64,000 nt of DNA from Eledone cirrhosa (Eukaryota), in NCBI GenBank assembly GCA_964016885.1, contig OZ024741.1:55986001-56050000 (forward strand), written 5' to 3'. Positions 54,849 through 64,000 of the stretch are shown piece by piece (the stretch's first letter is position 1; each line of letters opens with the position of its first letter). The notes under the pieces were generated by a model that worked only from the letters and a program-made list of their open reading frames with translations, was not told the DNA's origin and made no database searches. The translations under genes and the position numbers were made by a program.

Positions 54849-55052
54849 ATGTACACTCCACTCCACACGAGTTGTGCAAACGGGCAGGAAAATGTCGTCA
54901 AGTTGCTCTTGGAATTGGGTGTAGAGGTTGACGCTGTGAATGTTTACGGCAACACACCGTTGCATGTTGCCTCTCTCAATGGTAAGGACTTGGCAATACG
55001 GGAGCTGATTCTCTACAATGCAAACATCAATGCCATGAACCACAGAGGCATG
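54849..55052 (+). CDS. ANKRD28: ANKRD28-family exon
   Basis: ag|MYTPLHTSCANGQ...YGNTPLHVASLNG...NHRGM|gttagt; 204 nt. Confidence 0.95.
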
Positions 55053-55161
55053 GTTAGTATCAACTGCCACAACCATTTCCTACTACTACTCTTCTACTAT
55101 TACTACTCTTTCTTCTCCTCCTCTTCTACTATTCTTTCTCCATTTATATGTATATATATAT

Positions 55162-55322
55162 ATGTAAATGTGGTTGGTGTTAGGAAGGGCATCCAGCTGT
55201 AGAAAACCCGCCAGACAGTCCTATGCAAGCAAGACAACCACTCTTGCCTCAAGTGGGAAAACTCCCGTCCAAACCCATGCAAGCGTGGAACATGGACGTT
55301 AAACGATGATGATGATGATGAT
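55162..55322 (+). mobile_element. Young RTE 3'-end insertion (~160 bp) in (TA)n
   Basis: Near-identical to 1853-2007; (TA)n on both sides. Confidence 0.88.
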
Positions 55323-55347
55323 TATATATATATATGTATGTATATAT

Positions 55348-55614
55348 AAATTTATGAGAAAGTTAGAAGCTTCATCAAATTTTTTTTACTATAGAAAAAT
55401 AGTCCAAATAATAGGGAAAAAATAATACGGGAAAAAAATGGACATTAATACCTGCGTGATGGTACCATTTCTATCCCAGCAAGTGTGGGTTTGTGTCCTG
55501 CATGTGTTAATGTCCTCTTTTTTTTTAATATTATTAAGACCACTTTTCTATAGTAGAAAAATTTGATGTAGCTTTGTTCTCATGAATTTCAAATTTTGCT
55601 CGTCATTTCTAAAC
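55348..55614. repeat. Palindromic element in (TA)n
   Basis: 55348-55450 is imperfectly inverted relative to 55505-55589, followed by a short tail. Confidence 0.65.
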
Positions 55615-55648
55615 ATATATATATATGAAACTAACTTGCATTTTGCAG

Positions 55649-55735
55649 ACTCCTCTACACTATGCTGCTGCATCTACTCATGGTGGTATGTGTCTTGAAC
55701 TTCTCATTAAGGCAGGTTCTGATCCCAAAGTCCAG
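55649..55735 (+). CDS. ANKRD28: ANKRD28-family exon
   Basis: ctaac..ttttgcag|TPLHYAAASTHGGMCLELLIKAGSDPKVQ|gtaagt; 87 nt. Confidence 0.95.
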
Positions 55736-56933
55736 GTAAGTTAGACATCTACTAACTAGTTATTGGTCATTTGCTCTTTTTGTTACATTCAATTTCCTAA
55801 GTGATCCCTTGTTTTTGTAATTTTTATGCAGAGCAGCAGTTAATAAAGGGCCCTACAGAGTTGTCAGTAACTTCTATGTAATAAACCTTAACTCTTCTTC
55901 ACCACCACTGCTATAGAAACCATTTGTTAAGGGCTCACTGTCTTACTGGCCTCTATAGAATGCATTTTTATTGTCAGTAGTATATAGCTTACAAAATCTC
56001 TGTGCATATATGTATGTGTGTGTGTATGTCTATGTATATATAGATATGTGGACACAGGCATTCCTGTGTGGTTAAGAAGTTTGCTTTGCAATAGTGAGGT
56101 GCTGGTTTTGATCTCACTGTGTGACATCTTGAGTAAATCTCTTTACCATTGCCTTGTTAACCCATGCAGCCGTATGAATGAAATTGGGTAGATGGAAACT
56201 GTGAAAGCCCTTCAGATTAATTGTAGCTATAATTCAAAGGTCCAGCCTTTTCACATTGTATCATGTTGATTCAGCTTCAGAATTATGTTAAAGGTGCATG
56301 TTTCTGTGGAATATTCAGCCATTTACACTATGTACTATACCTGTAATTCAAAGGTCCAGTCTTGTCACATATTTTGTCATGCTGATTCAACCACAGAATT
56401 ATATAAAAAGTATGTGTGTTTGTGGAATACTCAGCCACATACATGTTAAATTAGCAAATCAGGCATCCTGTTGACTGAATAACTTAGTGCTGATGAATGA
56501 GACCTGGCAAAGGAGCCATCACATACTGACATATCCTGCATCCTTTATTCACATACCACTGCATCTATTCATTTCTTTTTACATCCTTTCCATCATTTAA
56601 ATATTTATCTGCACCTCACCATTGTCATACCTTCCTCTCTTCAGTGCACTCCACGCATCTACTGTCAACATGGTAAAAACCACATTTGAGTTAGATGACA
56701 TGTGCAGTTAGATGATGTGTGCAACTATTTGATGATGTGTGCAGCTAGTTAAATGATGTATGCAACTAGTTGCATTCTGAATGCAGTCCCTTGTAAAAAA
56801 TGTGTCTGTTAGTCTTTAACTCCTCTTTCCTGGCGTTGTTTTCTGATTACTGGTCTCTTTCTTTGTTCTCATCTGTCTGTCTGTACATTTATCTATCTAT
56901 ATATTTTGTCTATCTTTATCTCTTCGCTTTTTC

Positions 56934-56982
<49 letters not shown>

Positions 56983-57019
56983 TAACTTATGCCAAAATCT
57001 CTGTCGAGGGGTATAAAAA

Positions 57020-57285
57020 CTAGACAAACTAATATGAGAGTTTCACTCGTGTCTTGAACCTAACTGCAGTTTCTGGAATCAAGAAACAATTTTAATTATC
57101 CTAATAAATTAAGACAACCATTCAATCTATTGAATAATATTTTCTATTTCCAAAGAAGCCCTCTGATGAGGGAATTTCTTCCAATATTGTTTGCCTTAAT
57201 TTATTAAGATAATCAACATTGTGTCTTCATAAACTGCAGTTAGGTACAAGTTACAAGCAGAACTCTTTTATATCCGTTTATCTAG
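57020..57285. mobile_element. Palindromic element with hammerhead motif
   Basis: Inverted arms; CTGATGA at 57163; left arm on the minus strand reads ATTCCA-GAAA-CTGCAG-TT-AGG; block flanked by (TA)n ending 56979 and starting 57381. Confidence 0.65.
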
Positions 57286-57378
57286 CTTGTATTAAGTTTA
57301 AATGCTTTCCTGATTTGGTATTTTTAGCTATCTTTTCATTGAGATGTCCAGTATATTAGTGACAAATAACTTTCTGTT

Positions 57379-57435
<57 letters not shown>

Positions 57436-58228
57436 ATCTTCTACCCTCTCTCTGCAGGAGAGACGTAAACGGAAAGTGCCAAGTGTGAAGAAATGCACGC
57501 GTAGGTGTTTAACTTGGTAGTGCACACTGTGTGTGTTTCGTTTGTTGATTTGGATTCTAACTTACTCCACCCTCTCCTCATTATATGCAGGAATACCCAC
57601 ACATACACACATATACAGATTAACCCACAGACACATACATATAGGTATACATATGCATGCACATATAAACACACTACCTTGCTGATCTTGTGTGTGTGTG
57701 TAAATGCATACAGACAAATATTACAAGTTATACATAGAAATTATACCTGCACATGTGTATATAATGCATGTATATATATACATATATACACATACATACA
57801 CTCATGTATATTTTTCCATATGGAGGGTATTATGTTTACGTGTATATGTATGTGCATAAAAAGCTTGCATGAAGACAATCAACTTCGATCTATCCTTCAT
57901 AAATATATTCTGTGTATATGTGATAATAGTTGTCTATTATCTCTAGAGTAAAGTGGTGAATAGGCATAATAAAATGCCTCTATCTTTTTCTGGCTCTCTG
58001 CATTTTGAGTTAAAGTGCTGCCATGACCCACTTTACTTTCACCCTTTTGAGGTTGATAAAAAAAGTACCACTCCAATAGCAGGGTCAATTCTCTCTCTCA
58101 AGAAATCTGCTGTATTCAGACCTGGAGGGAGGATGGGCCCTGCCAGGTTTAAAATACCCACTATATATATATATATATGCCTACGGTGCCAGTATGACCC
58201 CACCAGTAATTACGAGACCATGCAAACA

Positions 58229-58955
<727 letters not shown>

Positions 58956-59864
58956 CGTTGAGCTGGAGGTCTATATGATCTTAGTTCTCCTACGTCATCT
59001 CAGCCCTGTCATGCATGTTCTAATGTTAACAGATAATTTGTTTGTTTGTTTATATTTTTCTTGAGATTTTACCATTTCTGTAACCTAGAGGCTCCTAAAC
59101 TCCTCTCCCTCCATTTTCTCTCTTGTTGAGGGCCACTTTCTACTTTACTGATCTGCATGACCCTTGGAGTACACTGACCCTTTTTGTGGAGTGTTTGTCT
59201 TCAGTGCAAGCTGGCACAGACCCTACAGTCATTAAAACACACCCTACTATTACACCCACCACAATGACCTGACCATTACAACATGGTATCTTTTACTACT
59301 ACTACTACTATCACCACCACCACGACTGTGACCTGACATTGTACCTACCTCTACTACTATTACATCTACCACCAACCACTATCTCCATCATGACTTCTAC
59401 ATCTACTACCATTGTCATTCCCAATGCAGGGACATCACCACCACTATCAACATCACCATTACCATCACTACAATCATAAATAGTAACCTGACCACTACAA
59501 CATAGTGTCTACCACTACTGTTACTACATTTACCACCACCACAATCACAACATCCATCCCCACTCCCTCCATTCTCTTTATAAATTCATTTCTCATGTTG
59601 TTGATGATGATGATGTTAATCTTAATTTTTGCCCACTTATTTGGGTTTGACTTTCCCCCTTTCTCTTTGCCATCTCTATTTCTTCCCCCTCTTTCTTACC
59701 ATTTCCCTTTCTTACACCTTTTCTCCCTCTTTCTCTCTCTCCTCTTTCCCTATCTTCCCCTACTCCCCTTTAATTCCACTTACATTCACATGCTTTTGTT
59801 GTTATTTTTCCATCACACTTTAATGTTTGTTTGTTTTTTGCTTGTTGCTTTTGTTTCATTTCAG

Positions 59865-59943
59865 TGCCAAGATGGCCGTACCCCACTTCACATGACTGCC
59901 CTTCATGGCAGGTTTACTCGGGCACAGACCTTAATTGAGTATG
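59865..59943 (+). CDS. ANKRD28: ANKRD28-family exon
   Basis: ag|CQDGRTPLHMTALHGRFTRAQTLIEY G|gtgagc; 79 nt, ends in phase 1. Confidence 0.95.
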
Positions 59944-60790
59944 GTGAGCAAATCCACTTTTGGTTGGTTCATTCTTGTTGTCTAGCTCCTCCCAACTTAT
60001 TCCTATGATGGTAGGGAGTGTATGTGATTGTAGAGAGAAATTAAGAGGGGGAGGGAAATCTCTGATGGAAGGTGTGTAATTTTAAGGAGAGATTGGTGCG
60101 AACTTGTGATGATAGTCTGGTGGGCCAAACCTCTATTAATAAGGGGTGTGATTTGCAGGGAGGGTGGGACAAACCTATATTAGTAGGGAGTAAGAGGTGT
60201 GTGCTAATTGTAGAAAATGATATGGGAAAAACAATAACGGAAGGTGTGATTGGGATACATCTATGAGATAGAATGTGTTGTAGGGAATGATTTGGGTTCA
60301 TCTAATGGTATGATGTGATTGTAGAGAGAGATTTGGGTTCATCTATGCTGGTATGATATAATTGGAGGGAGAGATTTGTGTACATTTATGATGGTTTGGT
60401 GTCTGTGGTGAGACATTGTGTAGATGATTCGTTGATAGTTCAAACACAAAACACAACAGTCCTCATGGTTTGTCAGCTCAGACAACCACAGAAAGAACCT
60501 TATAGTTGACTCAGTATGTGTGTATGTATATATATGTGTGTATATAAATGTGTGTGTGTGTATATATATATGTGTGTGTGTGTGTGTGGTGTATAATGTG
60601 TAGTTACTAATGGGTCACCAGTTTAAGCACTCAATGCTAATATGTGGATCTGGCTATCCACGTGGAATTCTACATTTGGGTTTTCATCATTATCAGTATC
60701 CATAAGAAGCATAGTGTTAGTAGTAATAATAATGAACAGGAACGAAGTATTACTATATATTGATGTTTTATTGATACTTATTTCCTGCTT

Positions 60791-60843
<53 letters not shown>

Positions 60844-60911
60844 TATATCATCATTATCAGCATTTATCAGCATTGTGATGATGATATATGCAAGCCTGTT
60901 GTATATGTACA

Positions 60912-60946
<35 letters not shown>

Positions 60947-61001
60947 GTATACACACACACACATTTAGATGCATGCCATTTATTAACATAACACTTATTT
61001 C

Positions 61002-61060
<59 letters not shown>

Positions 61061-61267
61061 TGTGGGTCTAATGTTTGTGCTTGTACACATACTTAATAGC
61101 ATGTATACACTAACATATGTTCATATATTACACACTGAAGTGAAACTCAACTAGTGTGTATGTTTTTATTGGCAGCATGACCCTACCTAAATATAACAAT
61201 ATTTGTTTCAACACATGATTTCACCACATCAAGAATCTTGCAAATCAAATACAAAGACAAAACATTT

Positions 61268-61327
<60 letters not shown>

Positions 61328-61489
61328 AAATATTCTAATATGTATATACCTTTTTTGGGGACATCCTGTGTGTGTGTGTGTGTATATATAATTATATATA
61401 TACACATATATATATATATATATATAATTATATATATACACACACACACAGGATGTCCCCCAAAAAGGTATATATATATTAGAATATTT

Positions 61490-61528
<39 letters not shown>

Positions 61529-61534
61529 CAAATG

Positions 61535-61588
<54 letters not shown>

Positions 61589-62316
61589 TATATACACACA
61601 GGATGTCCCCCAAAAAGGTATATACATATTAGAATACTGTTGAAGTGTGTATACATATATATGCAAATGATCATCTCCAGTTTATGTTCCATACACAAAA
61701 GAAATTATAAAGCTTTAGCTTATTCTTGTCTCAGTACTGAGTCAGTAAGTGACTGATAAAAATCCTGAAATGTGCATCTGACATTTTTACCAGCTAGTGA
61801 GATAGCTGTGACTTGATCACAGCTGAAAATATTCATAACAAGCCTCTTGTATGTTTACTATACATAAACATATTGTATATGCCTTCATATACATCTTTAT
61901 TATGGACCACACTATTTTAGTATTAGTGCTAATTAATCCTAGCTGGTGAAGTGTGCACCATATGTAAATGAGCATCCCCATATGTAAATGAGCATATAAG
62001 CTTTAGCTTATTCTTGTCATAGTATTGAGTGAGTAGTGGATACAATTCCACTAAGATGCATCTGACATTCTCACCAGCTACTGAGACAGCTGTGAAATTA
62101 ACGACGGCTTAAAATATTCAGAGAGAGACACTTGTATGTTTACTATGTATAAAATATTGTAAATGCCTTGTTATACAGTCCTATTTTGTGTGTACATTCA
62201 CTCACTCACACACACACAAACGTGCGCGCGTACACGCGCACACACACAAACACACGAAGAGGCAAATGATGATCTGAGTGAAAGTTGACACAATGTTTTT
62301 CTATTTATTTGTGCAG

Positions 62317-62431
62317 GTTGCGAAATTGATGCATGTGATAAATATGGTAATACTCCACTGCACATTGCTGCAAGATATGGTCATGAACTGATGATTAACA
62401 CACTGCTGGAAAACGGAGCTAATTCTTTTAT
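62317..62431 (+). CDS. ANKRD28: ANKRD28-family exon; gene continues beyond the window
   Basis: ag|(G)[37 protein letters not shown]|gtgagt; 115 nt, phase-compatible with the previous exon. Confidence 0.95.
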
Positions 62432-62466
62432 GTGAGTCATACATAACACTTTCATCGTTATATATA

Positions 62467-62542
62467 TAGGGTGTCCCCCAAAAATATATACACACTTATT
62501 AGAATGCTGTTGAAGTATGTATACATTTTTAGGGCCACCCTG
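62467..62542. mobile_element. 76-bp Tc1/mariner-type MITE
   Basis: TIRs (C/T)AGGGTGTCCCCCAAAAATATATAC and GTATACATTTTTAGGGCCACCCTG with TA on each side; related ends at 61328-61650. Confidence 0.7.
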
Positions 62543-63209
62543 TATATATCCTTCTTGTTACCATCTCTTTGCCTTTTCCTCTACCATTCTCATCTGCTTC
62601 TTCCCTCTCCAACCAAAAAAGACCTTCTTGCAACCTCTTCTTCAGAACTTTGCTTTTACCTGATGAAAGACTAATGTCTGATGCATTGAAACATTCATTT
62701 TACTTTTCCAACTAGTGTCTAACTAATAAGACTTTGTGTTATTGTATCTCTGTATTTGTCTTGTTTATCTTGAACCATATTGCAATGCTTACACAGCACT
62801 CATCCTTTTCAAAGCTGGATATCTACCCAGCACTTTCTGACTCTTCGAATCACCCATGAATTACCCACAGACTTCATATTGGACTTTTTGAACTGCTCTT
62901 GCACTGCACTTTCACTTTTTCTTTGACCTCACTCATGTTCCCATCTCTTTGCCATTTCCTCTTCTGCTCCTGGTGCTCCTCCCTCCATCACATCCGCTCC
63001 CAATTAACACTTTTGCTCCCTCCTTCCCCCATCCACCCTATGCGCAACCTCCTCTTTCTCTGAACTTTGCTCATTCCTGATGGACTGATGTCCGATATGC
63101 TGAAATAAATTCCTTTTCCTGCAAGCCTAAAACTAATGAGACTGTGTTATTGTATCTCTGTTTTTGTCTTGTTTATCATGAACTATCCATCTTGTTAGAT
63201 AGTCGTTTT

Positions 63210-63450
63210 GGGACCATGATAAAAAGCACCCAGTCTACACTGTAAAATGGCCATGTAGCTATCATGACAAAAAGTACCCAGTACACACTGTAAATGTGGT
63301 TGGCATTAGGAAGGGCATCCAGCCGTATGACCCAAGCAAAAATCAGTTCTGTGTGAGCAAAACTCTGTCCTCCGAACTGGCCTGTTTCACAATGGGACAG
63401 CTCATCTAACCCATGCTAGTGTGGAAAATGGACGTTAAACAATGATGATG
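63210..63450 (+). mobile_element. RTE 3' UTR fragment
   Basis: GGTTGGCATTAGGAAGGGCATCCAGC...ACCCATGCTAG..GGACGTTAAAC(GAT)n. Confidence 0.75.
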
Positions 63451-63454
63451 GCAA

Positions 63455-63920
63455 TGGGATTTGCACCTAGAAAGTTACCCTCTGAGGCACAAGTCTGGTT
63501 AAGGTTGTTTGTGGAAGACCAGCAGTCGCCCATGCAAACCAGTCTTCCCTTCCATGTCACTAATGTTGCCTAAATGAAAGGCAAAGACAAATAATACAGC
63601 TTGGCACCAGCAATGTCACAACTCATTTCTACAAATGAGTAAACTGGAGGAATGTGAAATAAAGTATCTTGCTCAAGGACACAACACATCAGCTGGTCCG
63701 AGAATCAAATTCATAACCTCCCAATTGCAAGCCCGATGCTCTAATCACTAATCCATATGTGTGTGTGTATATAGTAGGCAGATGGCTTAGTGGTTATAGC
63801 ATTGGGTTGCAATCGAAAGGTTGTGAGTTCAATTCTCAGACCAGGTGATGTGTTGTTTCCTTGAGCAAGATACTTTATTTCACATTGCTCCAGTTTACTC
63901 AGCTGTAGAAATGAGATGAT
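63455..63920. mobile_element. Head-to-head pair of SINE family C copies
   Basis: Minus copy at about 63455-63750; plus copy at about 63775-63920 with TGGCTTAGTGG and GAGTTCAATTCT boxes. Confidence 0.6.
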
Positions 63921-64000
63921 AGGACTGGGGTCCATATCATTCCACTGGAAAGTGGACGTGTAGGCACCACGGAAAAAAGCACCCAGCACTCACTATAAAT

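Overview
AT-rich, repeat-dense animal genomic DNA. The repeat repertoire resembles an octopus/cephalopod genome; this is an inference from recalled repeat families, not a search. One host gene is present: eight GT-AG coding exons (46320-62431, + strand, 1073 nt in total) of an ANKRD28/44/52-family PP6 regulatory ankyrin-repeat subunit. It continues past the window, and its first exon was not found. The rest is mostly 5'-truncated RTE/RTEX-type LINEs carrying a C4HC3 PHD-like finger and (GAT)n tails, tRNA-derived SINEs, microsatellites, and one Penelope-like element (RT plus GIY-YIG, 20978-23977). The most interesting signal is about ten short palindromic (head-to-head) elements from several unrelated sequence families. 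Most carry minimal type-I hammerhead ribozyme motifs and many sit in (TA)n tracts. One of them (10844-11336) is a non-coding relative of the Penelope element and ends at the same two positions. Most long ORFs in the supplied track are microsatellite artefacts.
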